DNA of 44,023 nt from Patescibacteria group bacterium (GTDB lineage: Bacteria; Patescibacteriota; UBA1384; 2-12-FULL-50-11), in the NCBI GenBank assembly GCA_040900165.1, contig JBBDZM010000003.1, forward strand, positions 1-44,023. The letters run 5' to 3'. A program made the position numbers and the translations under genes. Under the pieces are notes generated by a model that ran no database searches, was not told where the DNA came from, and saw only the letters and a list, made by a program, of their open reading frames with translations. How positions within the stretch are numbered: the stretch's first letter is position 1; each line of letters starts with the position of its first letter. Positions 34,299-43,977 of the stretch are shown here, piece by piece.

Positions 34299-34715
34299 AT
34301 GTTGTTACCGCGAAAACTTAAGCACCGGAAGTCGTTTAAGGGCAGCTACGCTGGCCCGGCAACTCGGGGAACAAATATTGATTTCGGTGACTATGGCCTT
34401 AAAGCCCTCGACCGAGCTTGGTTGAGTTCACGACAGATCGAGGCCTCCCGCCGGGCAATGACTCGTTATATTAAGCGCGGCGGAAAAATCTGGATCAGGG
34501 TGTTTCCTCATAAACCAGTTACCTCTAAACCATTGGAAGTTGGCATGGGCGGTGGAAAAGGTGCTCTTAGTCATTTTGTAGCCGTTATTAAACCCGGAAC
34601 GATTGTTTTTGAAATGTCTGGGGTTGACGAAGAAACGGCCAGAGAAGCAATGCGTCTAGCCGCCAACAAGTTGCCGGTAAAAACTAAATTTATCCGTGGG
34701 GAGGATCGACGATGA
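34299..34715 (+). CDS. rplP: 50S ribosomal protein L16
   Basis: [22 protein letters not shown]. Confidence 0.98.
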   Translation: MLLPRKLKHRKSFKGSYAGPATRGTNIDFGDYGLKALDRAWLSSRQIEASRRAMTRYIKRGGKIWIRVFPHKPVTSKPLEVGMGGGKGALSHFVAVIKPGTIVFEMSGVDEETAREAMRLAANKLPVKTKFIRGEDRR

Positions 34716-34942
34716 AGATACGGGAGCAACTAGCACAGCTACGCCGCTTAACAGATAAGCAGTTATCTGATAAAATCGTTGAGAACCAAAAAAAGCTGGT
34801 TATTAAAAGGCAAGAAAAATTACTCGGCAAAGTTAAAAATACCGCCGAGCTTAACTCTTTGCGAAAAATGACCGCTAGAATGAAAACAATTCTGGACGAA
34901 AAGGTTAGCGCCCAGCTGGTAAAAGATGATTCAAATGGATAA
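34712..34942 (+). CDS. rpmC: 50S ribosomal protein L29
   Basis: [12 protein letters not shown], position between rplP and rpsQ. Confidence 0.9.
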   Translation: MKIREQLAQLRRLTDKQLSDKIVENQKKLVIKRQEKLLGKVKNTAELNSLRKMTARMKTILDEKVSAQLVKDDSNG

Positions 34943-35198
34943 ATCCCAAATTAAAAAAACCCAAATTGGCACCGTTATCTCCGATAAAATGACTAATACC
35001 GCTGTTATTGAGGTGGAGGTTTGGAAAATACACCGAGTAATTAAAAAGCGTTATAAACGTCACAATCGTTTTATGGCCGAAAACCCGGATAATGCCTTCA
35101 AAACCGGTGATATTGTTAAAATTGTTGAGAGTCGGCCGTTAAGTAAAAACAAGCGCTGGACAATTGTTGGCAAGGCCAAAAAAGAGGAGCTGGCATGA
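34935..35198 (+). CDS. rpsQ: 30S ribosomal protein S17
   Basis: [22 protein letters not shown]; start 34935 or 34926. Confidence 0.96.
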   Translation: MDKSQIKKTQIGTVISDKMTNTAVIEVEVWKIHRVIKKRYKRHNRFMAENPDNAFKTGDIVKIVESRPLSKNKRWTIVGKAKKEELA

Positions 35199-35563
35199 TC
35201 CAACTAATGTCTCGGGTTAAGGTGGCCGACAACTCCGGCGCCAAATGGTTAGGAGTAATTAAAGTTATTCAACAGGGTACTCACGATGCTGCCCAACTTG
35301 GCGACGTCGTTGTTGCGTCTGTAAAATCAGCCATACCCCGCGGTAACGTTAAGGCAAAAGAAGTGGTTAAGGCGCTAATTGTCCGACAAACTAAACCTTA
35401 TCGGCGTAAAGACGGCTCAACCATCCGCTTCGACGATAACGCCGTGGTAATTATTAACGACGACGGCACTCCCCGCGGAACCCGGATTTTTGGACCAATT
35501 GCCCGAGAAATTCGCGACCGAGGATACTCAAAGATTGTCTCTCTGGCACCGGAGGTTTTATGA
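35195..35563 (+). CDS. rplN: 50S ribosomal protein L14
   Basis: [21 protein letters not shown]. Confidence 0.98.
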   Translation: MIQLMSRVKVADNSGAKWLGVIKVIQQGTHDAAQLGDVVVASVKSAIPRGNVKAKEVVKALIVRQTKPYRRKDGSTIRFDDNAVVIINDDGTPRGTRIFGPIAREIRDRGYSKIVSLAPEVL

Positions 35564-35922
35564 GCAAGAGACAGGCTACTAGCATTAAGTATCAAAAATC
35601 GAAGATTCTCAAGGGCGACAAAGTGTTGGTTATTGCTGGCAAAGACCGCCATAAAACAGGCACGGTTGAAAGGGTAATCCCCAAAAATAACCGCGTTGTA
35701 GTGACCGGAATTAATATCGTCAAAAAACACTTAAAACGCTCAACTAATAACCCCCAGGGCGGAATTATCGACAAAACCTTATCGATTGATATCTCAAACG
35801 TCATGATTATCGATGCCAAATCTGGTAAGCCGTCACGGGTTGGCTACAGCAATATGGCCGGCTCACAGAAACAACGGATCGCCAAGCGTAGCGGCGAGGC
35901 AATCAAGAAGGAGAGTAAATAA
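35560..35922 (+). CDS. rplX: 50S ribosomal protein L24
   Basis: [15 protein letters not shown] motif, IDISNV. Confidence 0.96.
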   Translation: MSKRQATSIKYQKSKILKGDKVLVIAGKDRHKTGTVERVIPKNNRVVVTGINIVKKHLKRSTNNPQGGIIDKTLSIDISNVMIIDAKSGKPSRVGYSNMAGSQKQRIAKRSGEAIKKESK

Positions 35923-36467
35923 TGTCATTGATAAACGTTAAAGAGGCCTACGGGGCTAAATTAAACGACCTTAAAACTGGTTTGGGAATAGCCAATCCGA
36001 TGGCTTTACCAAAAATCAGCAAGGTCTCAATCAACGTTGGCTTGGGGCAACATCGCCAGGATAAAGATATGGTTAAATACATCGCCGATTCGTTACGGTC
36101 CATCGCCGGCCAAGCAGCTGTTCCAACTACCGCCAAAAAGGCAATTGCCGGTTTCAAGATCCGCCAAGGTGATGTCGTTGGCTACCGCGTTACTTTGCGC
36201 GGCCAAAAAATGACCGATTTTATTAATCGCTTGCTCAATATATCTTTGCCAAGAATTCGTGAGTTCAAAGGTATCGACGTTAAGAAACTCGATAAGCAGG
36301 GCAACCTGACCATCGGTCTGCGCGATCAAATTCCATTTGCCGAGCTCGGTAATGATGCCATCGATAAACAGTTTGGCTTAACTATTACCTTTACGATTAA
36401 AAATTCCGATCAAAACAAGAGTGCGGTCCTACTCAAGACGCTTGGCTTTCCGATGAAAACCGAGTAA
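35922..36467 (+). CDS. rplE: 50S ribosomal protein L5
   Basis: AKKAIAGFKIRQG, VTLRG, LPRIREFKG. Confidence 0.97.
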   Translation: MSLINVKEAYGAKLNDLKTGLGIANPMALPKISKVSINVGLGQHRQDKDMVKYIADSLRSIAGQAAVPTTAKKAIAGFKIRQGDVVGYRVTLRGQKMTDFINRLLNISLPRIREFKGIDVKKLDKQGNLTIGLRDQIPFAELGNDAIDKQFGLTITFTIKNSDQNKSAVLLKTLGFPMKTE

Positions 36468-36483
36468 AATTTAATCTGTTACG

Positions 36484-36663
36484 ATGGCAAGCAAACGATA
36501 CATGACCGGCAAAAAACCAAAGTTCTCAACTCGCGAGGTGAATCGCTGTGCCCTCTGTGGCCGTAGCCGAGGATACCTGCGCAAATTTGGAGTTTGCCGA
36601 ATCTGTTTTCGTGAGCGCGCCTCTAAGGGCGAGATCCCCGGTATTAGAAAGGCGTCTTGGTAA
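36484..36663 (+). CDS. rpsN: 30S ribosomal protein S14, zinc-binding type
   Basis: Manual translation (59 aa, below ORF cutoff): ...[32 protein letters not shown]...IPGIRKASW. Confidence 0.97.
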   Translation: MASKRYMTGKKPKFSTREVNRCALCGRSRGYLRKFGVCRICFRERASKGEIPGIRKASW

Positions 36664-37034
36664 TGTACAACGATACCGTCTCGGACTTTTTAACGAGAAT
36701 CCGCAATGCTTTTATGGCTCAAAAAAAAGTCGCCCGGGTTCGCCATAGTAAGATGGTCGAAGACATTGCCAATATCCTAAAAAAAGAAGGATTCATTAGC
36801 TCATTTACTAAAGATGGCTACAACTTAGACGTTGAGCTTGATCTTAACGTGCCGCTAAACCATATTAAACGTCTGAGCAAGCCCGGTATCCGCCGGTATG
36901 TTAAGTACAGTGCAATTCCTCGCCCGCGCAGTGGCTTTGGAATGGTTATTATCTCCACCCCTAAAGGTGTGCTGACTGGCCACCAAGCCAAAAAACAAAA
37001 AGTCGGTGGCGAACTAATTTGTGAGCTCTGGTAA
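36663..37034 (+). CDS. rpsH: 30S ribosomal protein S8
   Basis: DFLTRIRNA, SKPGIRRY, ISTPKGV, GGELIC. Confidence 0.97.
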   Translation: MYNDTVSDFLTRIRNAFMAQKKVARVRHSKMVEDIANILKKEGFISSFTKDGYNLDVELDLNVPLNHIKRLSKPGIRRYVKYSAIPRPRSGFGMVIISTPKGVLTGHQAKKQKVGGELICELW

Positions 37035-37114
37035 TGTCGCGCATCAACGTCAGCAATAAATACATTTTGGCCGACATTGTCCGCGACAGCGTCAACAGTA
37101 AGGAGAGGGTATAA
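37034..37114 (+). other. 26-aa mini-ORF duplicating the rplF start (MSRI)
   Basis: TAATG overlap with rpsH; MSRINVSNKYILADIVRDSVNSKERV; AATGTCGCG repeated at 37033 and 37116. Confidence 0.5.
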
Positions 37115-37116
37115 GA

Positions 37117-37662
37117 ATGTCGCGGATTGGAATTCGCCCAGTTGAGGTTGCAAACGGTGTTCAGATTGAGATTAAGCATACCGAGGCAATTGTCCGTGGT
37201 GCCAACGGTGAACAAACCGTTCAGATTCCCCGCGGGATTAAGGTTGCTCAGAAAGACAATACTCTGGTTGTTGAAAGAACCGGTAATTCAAAAACTCACC
37301 GCGCTCTTCACGGCACCGTCCGCGCCTTACTTAACAACGCGGTCGTTGGCGTATCGAGCAATTTTGAGAAAAAGCTGGAGTTAATCGGGATCGGATATCG
37401 AGCCAGCATTGAAGGCACTACCCTAACTCTTTTAGTTGGTTTCACCCACCCGGTTAAGATGGAGCTGCCTACGGGTGTCAAAGCAAGAGTTGAGAAGAAC
37501 GTTATTACGGTAACTGGCCCGGACAAACAGGTGGTGGGGCAGTTCTGTGCCAACGTTCGCGCTGTTCGCAAACCCGAGCCATACAAGGGCAAAGGAATCC
37601 GCTATCAAGGCGAACATGTCCGAATGAAACAAGGAAAAGCGATGAAAGCCGGGGCGGCTTAA
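37117..37662 (+). CDS. rplF: 50S ribosomal protein L6
   Basis: MSRIG, GIGYRA, RKPEPYKGKGIRY. Confidence 0.98.
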   Translation: MSRIGIRPVEVANGVQIEIKHTEAIVRGANGEQTVQIPRGIKVAQKDNTLVVERTGNSKTHRALHGTVRALLNNAVVGVSSNFEKKLELIGIGYRASIEGTTLTLLVGFTHPVKMELPTGVKARVEKNVITVTGPDKQVVGQFCANVRAVRKPEPYKGKGIRYQGEHVRMKQGKAMKAGAA

Positions 37663-37663
37663 G

Positions 37664-37987
37664 ATGTCACGACAACGAATTCACGCAAAATTACGTAAAG
37701 TTGTATCGGGTACGGCTGTCCGGCCACGACTGGCAGTTTATCGCAGTTTGAACAATCTCTCTGCCCAGTTAATCGACGATACTACCGGTAAGACTCTAGC
37801 GGCGGCCAACTCTCTTAAAGATCGAGCCTCCCTAATAAAAAAGGCCGAAAAAGTCGGTAAGGAAATAGCTGATAAAGCCAAAGGACTAAAAATTAAATCG
37901 GCCGTTTACGATCGAGGTGGGTTTGCCTATAAGGGGGCAGTCAAGCTATTATGTGAAGCCGCTCGAGAAGGCGGATTAACTATTTAA
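37664..37987 (+). CDS. rplR: 50S ribosomal protein L18
   Basis: RPRLAVYRS, AQLIDD, YDRGGFAYKG. Confidence 0.97.
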   Translation: MSRQRIHAKLRKVVSGTAVRPRLAVYRSLNNLSAQLIDDTTGKTLAAANSLKDRASLIKKAEKVGKEIADKAKGLKIKSAVYDRGGFAYKGAVKLLCEAAREGGLTI

Positions 37988-37988
37988 G

Positions 37989-38486
37989 ATGAAAAATACT
38001 GATACCAATACGACAGAAACAATTGTTGATAACCGTCCAGAGATTGAGGATCGGGTTGTGGCGATCGACCGGATTTCTCGAACCGTCAAAGGTGGCCGGC
38101 GGATTCGTTTCCGAGCGCTGGTAGTTATCGGTAACCGGGCCGGACGGGTTGGCGTTGGTGTTGCCAAATCAACTGACGTTCAGGGAGCAATTGCCAAAGC
38201 TAAAGCCAAAGCCCAAAAGACGATGATCGATGTCGCAATCGTTAAAGACAGCATCGCCCACGAGATTACCTATACCTATGGGACAACTAAGGTCCTCTTA
38301 AAGCCCGCTCCCGCTGGACACTCAATTATTGCCGGTGGACCGGTTCGCGCTGTTGTTGAGCTCTCGGGAATAAAAAACATTGTCAGCAAATCAATTGGTA
38401 GCAGCAATACCGTCAACAGTGCGATGGCTACCTATCATGCCCTGTCTAATCTCGAAGCCAAACCGGTTCACCGAGGAGTTAGATAA
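37989..38486 (+). CDS. rpsE: 30S ribosomal protein S5
   Basis: [27 protein letters not shown]. Confidence 0.98.
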   Translation: MKNTDTNTTETIVDNRPEIEDRVVAIDRISRTVKGGRRIRFRALVVIGNRAGRVGVGVAKSTDVQGAIAKAKAKAQKTMIDVAIVKDSIAHEITYTYGTTKVLLKPAPAGHSIIAGGPVRAVVELSGIKNIVSKSIGSSNTVNSAMATYHALSNLEAKPVHRGVR

Positions 38487-38908
38487 TGAGTATTACTAAC
38501 CTTTTTAAAGATACCCAACATAAGCGCGCCAAACGACGGGGTCGTGGTCCTGGCAGCACGCTCGGCAAAACCGCTGGTCGTGGCACTAAAGGGCAGAAGG
38601 CCCGTTCGGGAAGTGGCCGGAAAGTTAAGGCCTGGTTCGAAGGTGGCCAAACTCCAATCCATCGCCGGATGGCTAAACTGCGTGGTTTCAACCGCGTGGT
38701 AGTCCCAACAGTCGAGGTATCGACATCGGTGATTAACCACTTCTATAGCGATGGTGAAGTCGTCTCTCCAACAACCCTCTTTGATAAAGGAATAATCCGC
38801 CGCTCTAAAACTACCAACCCAATTAAAGTTATTACTGGTGCCGCTCTTAAACCGAAAGTTACCTTTGAAGGCGTCGGCCTAACCAAAAGACTCCAAAGCA
38901 AGTTATGA
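38486..38908 (+). CDS. rplO: 50S ribosomal protein L15
   Basis: [31 protein letters not shown]. Confidence 0.97.
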   Translation: MSITNLFKDTQHKRAKRRGRGPGSTLGKTAGRGTKGQKARSGSGRKVKAWFEGGQTPIHRRMAKLRGFNRVVVPTVEVSTSVINHFYSDGEVVSPTTLFDKGIIRRSKTTNPIKVITGAALKPKVTFEGVGLTKRLQSKL

Positions 38909-40176
38909 AGGATACATTGCTCCAGCTTTGGCGAAGCAAGGACCTGCGAGCAAAAATCCTCTTCACTCTCGGAATATTGGTACTTGTAAGGTTTATTGCT
39001 CACGTACCGCTTCCTGAGATCGACCGAACGCAGCTTGCCAATTTTCTCGCTCAATCGGAAAACCAAGTCTTTGGATTTTTAAGTCTTTTTACCGGCGGAT
39101 CACTAACAAGGTTATCAATTGACCTTCTCGGCGTTGGCCCGTATATCACCGCCTCAATTATTGTACAGCTTCTCACTAAAGCGATTCCCGCATGGGACGA
39201 GATCAGCAAAGAGGGAAATATTGGCCGGGAAAAACTTAATCAATACACTCGTTACCTAACGGTTCCGCTAGCATTAATCCAGGGCTACGCCATGATTGTT
39301 TTACTAAAAAGCCAAAATGTTTTAACGCTTGTTACCACCGATGACGTCATCAAGATACTAGTAACGGTGACAGCCGTTAGTATATTAGTAATGTGGCTGG
39401 GTGAGCTGATCTCCGAAAAGGGCATCGGCAACGGTATTTCGCTGATTATTGCTCTGGGGATTGTTGCGGGCCTACCCCAACAGTTGGCCAATACCGCCAG
39501 CGTTGTGGAGTCCGGCAACATTATCCCGGTTGTGATATTCATTGCCTTAGCCCTGTTGGTAATTGCCGTAATTATCTTAGTCACGGAAGCCGAACGGAAA
39601 ATACCGATTACCCACACCCGGCGGGCAATGGGGGCGGGAACGGCAGTTGATAGCTACTTGCCTTTGCGCTTGAACAGCGCCGGGGTTATTCCGATTATTT
39701 TTGCCTTGAGCTTTCTAACGTTCCCCCAGGTAATTGCCCGGTTTCTCGAAACTGCTCAGTCGCAGACAATTATCAATATTGCGAACGCCATTACCAGCTT
39801 TACCACCAATAATCTCTACTATGGTTTTTCCTACTTCTTACTGGTCTTTGCCTTTACGTTTTTCTATACCTATATCGTCTTTCAGCCCGATCAAGTCTCA
39901 GAAAATCTTCAAAAACAAGGAAGCTTTATTCCAGGCGTCCGACCGGGGCGAGAAACTGTCAGCTTCTTAAGATTTACTATTAGCCGGATAACTCTAATTG
40001 GTGCCACCTTTTTGGGATTGATTGCCGTATTGCCGATTATTCTTGAAAACACCTTCCAGCTCCAAACGCTAGTAATCGGCGGTACGAGCATCTTAATTGT
40101 CGTCTCGGTTGTTATCGAAACTAGTCGGCAAGTCGGTAGCCAGTTGCTGATGCGCAAATATGAAACTGCCGGTTGA
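38905..40176 (+). CDS. secY: Preprotein translocase subunit SecY
   Basis: [37 protein letters not shown]. Confidence 0.98.
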   Translation: MKDTLLQLWRSKDLRAKILFTLGILVLVRFIAHVPLPEIDRTQLANFLAQSENQVFGFLSLFTGGSLTRLSIDLLGVGPYITASIIVQLLTKAIPAWDEISKEGNIGREKLNQYTRYLTVPLALIQGYAMIVLLKSQNVLTLVTTDDVIKILVTVTAVSILVMWLGELISEKGIGNGISLIIALGIVAGLPQQLANTASVVESGNIIPVVIFIALALLVIAVIILVTEAERKIPITHTRRAMGAGTAVDSYLPLRLNSAGVIPIIFALSFLTFPQVIARFLETAQSQTIINIANAITSFTTNNLYYGFSYFLLVFAFTFFYTYIVFQPDQVSENLQKQGSFIPGVRPGRETVSFLRFTISRITLIGATFLGLIAVLPIILENTFQLQTLVIGGTSILIVVSVVIETSRQVGSQLLMRKYETAG

Positions 40177-40209
40177 TGATTGCCGGCAAAGTCACTAAAT
40201 TTAGAGTAT

Positions 40210-40908
40210 ATGACTGCTCCGATCAACATCCCGCTTAATATTGCTGTTGGGGTGATTGTAGTTTTTGGCTTTTTAACTGGCTCAACGCTCTATTTCTATA
40301 ATCAGTCGCGCCCGACTAGCGAACAACAGCAACAAAACTCCCAACAGTTTTCTGGTGAAATCCCCGGGGCCAAAAATACTACCCAGCCAGATAAGGTAGA
40401 CAAACTAACTAAACCGGCCGATCCGAAGGGTCGAGTCACTTATCCGGCCAACGTTTACACAGTAGGCAGGGGCGAAACGCTCTTTGGAATCGGCGTCAAA
40501 GTTGGTATTGATTGGCAATTGATTGTTATGGCCAATGGTCTGGAGAATGAGAACGTTGTTCAAACTGGCAAGCAGTTGGTTATCCCCAAACTCAGCACGG
40601 AAACTGATTATTACCGAGTTCACTTTACGCTTAGCGATGAGTTGGCATCCGAAAAAAATCGCGAGCTGCGCGATCAGGCCCAAAGCGATTTCTACGATCC
40701 AATCAAAGTCGCCCAGTTATTCGGCCAACCATACTTTGGTATAGCCGAGACCGACGGATTTACCCTATTAGAGCAAGATACCAGCCAAGGAACCGCCTTA
40801 GTTCAGGCCAAATCCGCCGATCAAACCAACGTTGTCGGTTTGTTTCAGCCCAAGCAAAAGGGCGATCGAGGGTTTTGGGCGATTCTCTATATTGAGAGCC
40901 ATGAATAA
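40210..40908 (+). CDS. Membrane-anchored LysM-domain protein
   Basis: N-terminal TM; YTVGRGETLFGI...LIVMANGL....VQTGKQLVIP LysM pattern; start 40210 or TTG 40180. Confidence 0.85.
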   Translation: MTAPINIPLNIAVGVIVVFGFLTGSTLYFYNQSRPTSEQQQQNSQQFSGEIPGAKNTTQPDKVDKLTKPADPKGRVTYPANVYTVGRGETLFGIGVKVGIDWQLIVMANGLENENVVQTGKQLVIPKLSTETDYYRVHFTLSDELASEKNRELRDQAQSDFYDPIKVAQLFGQPYFGIAETDGFTLLEQDTSQGTALVQAKSADQTNVVGLFQPKQKGDRGFWAILYIESHE

Positions 40909-41491
40909 AACGCCGGTTTATTTGGTTTTTGGTTCCCAGGGATCTGGTAAAAGTACCCAGGCCGAATATTTGGCCGATTACCTAAAATTACCGTTCTTTG
41001 ATTCTGGCAAAGAGCTTCGGGCGACCGTCGATAGCCAAGGCGCCAATTGGCAGGAAATTCAGAAAATCATGCGCAGCGGTACGTTAGTTCCTAACAGCTA
41101 TCTGCGAACAATGTTTGATAGCTTTTTGAACGATCACGATACTTCCAAGGGGTTAGTAATTGATGGTTTCCCCCGAACAATGACCCAAGCGGAGCTCTTA
41201 AAAGAGCTTTCGGCCGAAAATAACTGGCAAATAATCTCATTTTTTGTCGAAATTTCTGATACGACTGCCAAAAATCGCCTAGCTGGCCGTCAGGTTGTTA
41301 TTAATGGTCAGAAAACAGTTAGAGAAGACGATCAGCCAGCAATTGTCGAAACCCGGCTCAAGCTATTTAAGCGGGAGACAATGCCGGTAATTTATTGGTT
41401 AAAATCCAACTTTACTGTTTTCATTATTGACGGCGAACCATCACGTCAGGAAGTTTTTACCAATATTAAGAAGGTGATCGATGGAAAATAA
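40901..41491 (+). CDS. adk: Adenylate kinase-family protein
   Basis: GSQGSGKSTQA P-loop, IDGFPRT, REDD; ATG 40901. Confidence 0.9.
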   Translation: MNKTPVYLVFGSQGSGKSTQAEYLADYLKLPFFDSGKELRATVDSQGANWQEIQKIMRSGTLVPNSYLRTMFDSFLNDHDTSKGLVIDGFPRTMTQAELLKELSAENNWQIISFFVEISDTTAKNRLAGRQVVINGQKTVREDDQPAIVETRLKLFKRETMPVIYWLKSNFTVFIIDGEPSRQEVFTNIKKVIDGK

Positions 41492-42206
41492 GCTCGACTG
41501 TCTCAAAAAAGCCGGAAATATTGCCCAAAAAGCCCACGCGGCAGCAAAATCGTTAATTGCGCCGGGCGTTAACGTCGAGGACATTGAGCAGGCAGTTAAA
41601 AAAGTGATTGTTGACGCTCAGATGCGTCCAGCTTTTCTGGGCTACAAAGGCTATCCAGCCGCAACTTGCATCTCGGTTAACGAGGAGGTAGTTCATGGGA
41701 TACCGAGCGGACGAATTCTAGAAGAAGGCGACGTTGTATCAGTTGATCTTGGTGTTGAGTACGGTGGGTATATAGTTGATACCGCCAGAACCCACCCGGT
41801 TGGTAAGGTAACAGTACCCGTTCAAAAACTTCTGGAAGTTACCAAGGAAGCACTCGCCAAGGCAATAACTAAGGCGAAAATTGGCAACAAAACTGGTGAC
41901 ATCGGCGATATTGTCCAACGAACGGTCGAAGGAGCAGGTTTTCAAATTGTTCGTGATCTAACTGGCCACGGCGTCGGTAAAACCCTCCAAGAACCGCCCT
42001 CAATACCTAATTTTGGCAAGCCAGGTAGTGGAGCTATCTTAAAAGAGGGGATGGTCTTAGCGATCGAACCAATTACCACCCTTGAGCCAACTACTATCGC
42101 CGTTAAGGCTGATGGCTGGACAATTGTGACGATGACAGGGACCGTCTCGGCCCATTATGAAGACACCGTTATTATCACCCAAAACGGCCCAGTCGTCTTG
42201 ACGTGA
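41481..42206 (+). CDS. map: Methionine aminopeptidase type I
   Basis: CISVNEEVVHGIP, GHGVG, AIEP, AHYEDT. Confidence 0.97.
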   Translation: MENKLDCLKKAGNIAQKAHAAAKSLIAPGVNVEDIEQAVKKVIVDAQMRPAFLGYKGYPAATCISVNEEVVHGIPSGRILEEGDVVSVDLGVEYGGYIVDTARTHPVGKVTVPVQKLLEVTKEALAKAITKAKIGNKTGDIGDIVQRTVEGAGFQIVRDLTGHGVGKTLQEPPSIPNFGKPGSGAILKEGMVLAIEPITTLEPTTIAVKADGWTIVTMTGTVSAHYEDTVIITQNGPVVLT

Positions 42207-42227
42207 CAGGGTTAATCCAGGTATAAT
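42198..42227 (+). promoter_or_regulatory. Putative promoter for infA (near-leaderless)
   Basis: TTGACG-18 nt-TATAAT ending 9 nt before the ATG; no SD in between. Confidence 0.55.
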
Positions 42228-42236
42228 TTTCTCCAG

Positions 42237-42458
42237 ATGTCGGAAAAAGAAGGTGTTATTGAGCTGGACGGTCTCGTTGACGAGGCTCTGCCCAATACCC
42301 AGTTTCGCATCGTTTTAGACAATGAGCAGGTAATCACCGGCTATGTCTCGGGCAAGATTAGACGCAACCGTATCAAAATATTGCCCGGCGACAGAGTAAC
42401 GGTTGAGCTTAGCCCCTATGATTTAACTAAAGGGAGAATCACTAGAAGACTGACATGA
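42237..42458 (+). CDS. infA: Translation initiation factor IF-1
   Basis: [26 protein letters not shown]. Confidence 0.98.
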   Translation: MSEKEGVIELDGLVDEALPNTQFRIVLDNEQVITGYVSGKIRRNRIKILPGDRVTVELSPYDLTKGRITRRLT

Positions 42459-42568
42459 AAGTACACGTTGGCCTTAAACCACGCTGCCAAAAATGCAAAA
42501 TTATCCGCCGCAAGGGGGTACTTCGAGTAATTTGTGAAAATCCCCGACACAAACAGCGACAAGGTTAA
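42455..42568 (+). CDS. rpmJ: 50S ribosomal protein L36
   Basis: Manual translation: [37 protein letters not shown]. Confidence 0.97.
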   Translation: MKVHVGLKPRCQKCKIIRRKGVLRVICENPRHKQRQG

Positions 42569-42570
42569 AA

Positions 42571-42681
42571 AGAATTATGAATTACGATTTAAGAATTATG
42601 ATTATGGACAACACTGATTTTTCTGCCCATAATTCAATATTCATAATTCAGAATTCTGCTGTTTCCGGAGGAAACAGCTGA
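42571..42681 (+). repeat. Heptamer inverted-repeat insert 3 with 34-aa mini-ORF and SD hairpin
   Basis: Arms 42571-42600 / 42628-42657 (24 of 30 complementary; GAATTAT-type units); hairpin GCTGTTTCC-GGA-GGAAACAGC; ORF ATG 42577 to TGA 42681 overlapping rpsM ATG. Confidence 0.85.
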
Positions 42682-43067
42682 TGCCTCGAATCGCCGGAGT
42701 AAATATTCCTGATCACAAGCGTATCGAGATTGGCTTGACCTATGTTTTCGGCGTCGGTCCAAGCAACGTTAAGGTTATTTTGAAAAAAGTGGGAATCTCC
42801 GACAACCCCAAGTTCTCTGAATTAACCCAAAAGCAAGTTGACGACATGCGTAATATTGTCGAGAAAGAGATGATTGTTGAGGGCGATTTAAAGCAGACAA
42901 TTAGCCAAAATATTCGTCGTCTTAAAGAAATTAATAGCTATCGCGGTAACCGCCACACTCGCAATCTGCCGGTTCGAGGCCAGCGCACAAAAACTAACGC
43001 CCGAACCAAAAAAGGGAAGAAAGTAACTGTCGGCAGTGGACGCAAGAAATCCGACGCTAAAACCTAA
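42681..43067 (+). CDS. rpsM: 30S ribosomal protein S13
   Basis: MPRIAGVNIP, LPVRGQRTKTNART. Confidence 0.98.
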   Translation: MPRIAGVNIPDHKRIEIGLTYVFGVGPSNVKVILKKVGISDNPKFSELTQKQVDDMRNIVEKEMIVEGDLKQTISQNIRRLKEINSYRGNRHTRNLPVRGQRTKTNARTKKGKKVTVGSGRKKSDAKT

Positions 43068-43075
43068 TCATTACA

Positions 43076-43486
43076 ATGGCTGACAAAAACACCACCAGTA
43101 AAGTTGCAACCAACAAGCGTAAAAAAGTAATCCAACCAGTTAGCGATGTCCGTATTACCGTTAACTCGTCATTTAATAACACGATGGTCAGTGGTAGTGA
43201 CTACCATAACGGCAATGTCTTGGCCTGGGCATCCTGCGGATCGGTTGGTTTCAAAGGTACCAAGAAAGGCACGCCGTACGCCGCCACTACTGCGATGAAA
43301 GAAATGCTCAACAAATTAATGGAGTACAAGCCGGAGAACGCCTTTGTTTTTGTTTCCGGTGCTGGCAACGGCCGCGATGCCGCTCTGCGAGCACTCTCGG
43401 GGACGGGGATTAAGATTGTTAAAATTAAAGACGTTACACCGCTACCGCACAACGGCAGCCGTCCCAAGAAAGCTAGGAGAGTTTGA
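43076..43486 (+). CDS. rpsK: 30S ribosomal protein S11
   Basis: SFNNT, KKGTPYAA, DVTPLPHNG. Confidence 0.98.
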   Translation: MADKNTTSKVATNKRKKVIQPVSDVRITVNSSFNNTMVSGSDYHNGNVLAWASCGSVGFKGTKKGTPYAATTAMKEMLNKLMEYKPENAFVFVSGAGNGRDAALRALSGTGIKIVKIKDVTPLPHNGSRPKKARRV

Positions 43487-43977
43487 TGAAAGGCCCCCAG
43501 CAGAAAGCTAGACAGCGCAAAATCACCGAATACGGTCAGCAGTTAATCGAGAAGCAAAAGACTAAGCGAGCCTACGGTATGCGGGAAAAGCAGTTCCGAG
43601 GTTACTTTGCCAAGGCCGCTAAATTCCGTGGGACAACTGGCGAAGTATTGCTACAGACATTGGAGCGTCGTCTGGACAACGCCCTGTTTCGCTCGGGGTT
43701 TGCTAAGACTCGTCAACAGGCTCGCCAACTAGTTAGCCACCGGCACATACTGCTCAACGGCTCACGGGTGAGCATCCCATCGATTCTCGTTAAAGAAAAA
43801 GACGTGATTGAGCCGTATAAAAATACTACCCTTGAGTTTCACCCTGAAACGGCCGAGGTTGACTGGCTAAAAGTCGACAAAAAATCCGGAAAAATTACCG
43901 TCAAGCGCCTACCCGAAGGGACTGATTTGCCAATCGAATTCGATACGCAAAAGATAATTGAATTTTACTCACGATAA
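43486..43977 (+). CDS. rpsD: 30S ribosomal protein S4 (N-terminally shortened)
   Basis: EYGQQLIEKQK, LERRLDN, ARQLVSH, IIEFYSR. Confidence 0.97.
   Translation: MKGPQQKARQRKITEYGQQLIEKQKTKRAYGMREKQFRGYFAKAAKFRGTTGEVLLQTLERRLDNALFRSGFAKTRQQARQLVSHRHILLNGSRVSIPSILVKEKDVIEPYKNTTLEFHPETAEVDWLKVDKKSGKITVKRLPEGTDLPIEFDTQKIIEFYSR

Noticed and set aside
36548-36748. 66-aa ORF in the ORF track
   Set aside because: Wrong frame; the real gene here is rpsN 36484-36663
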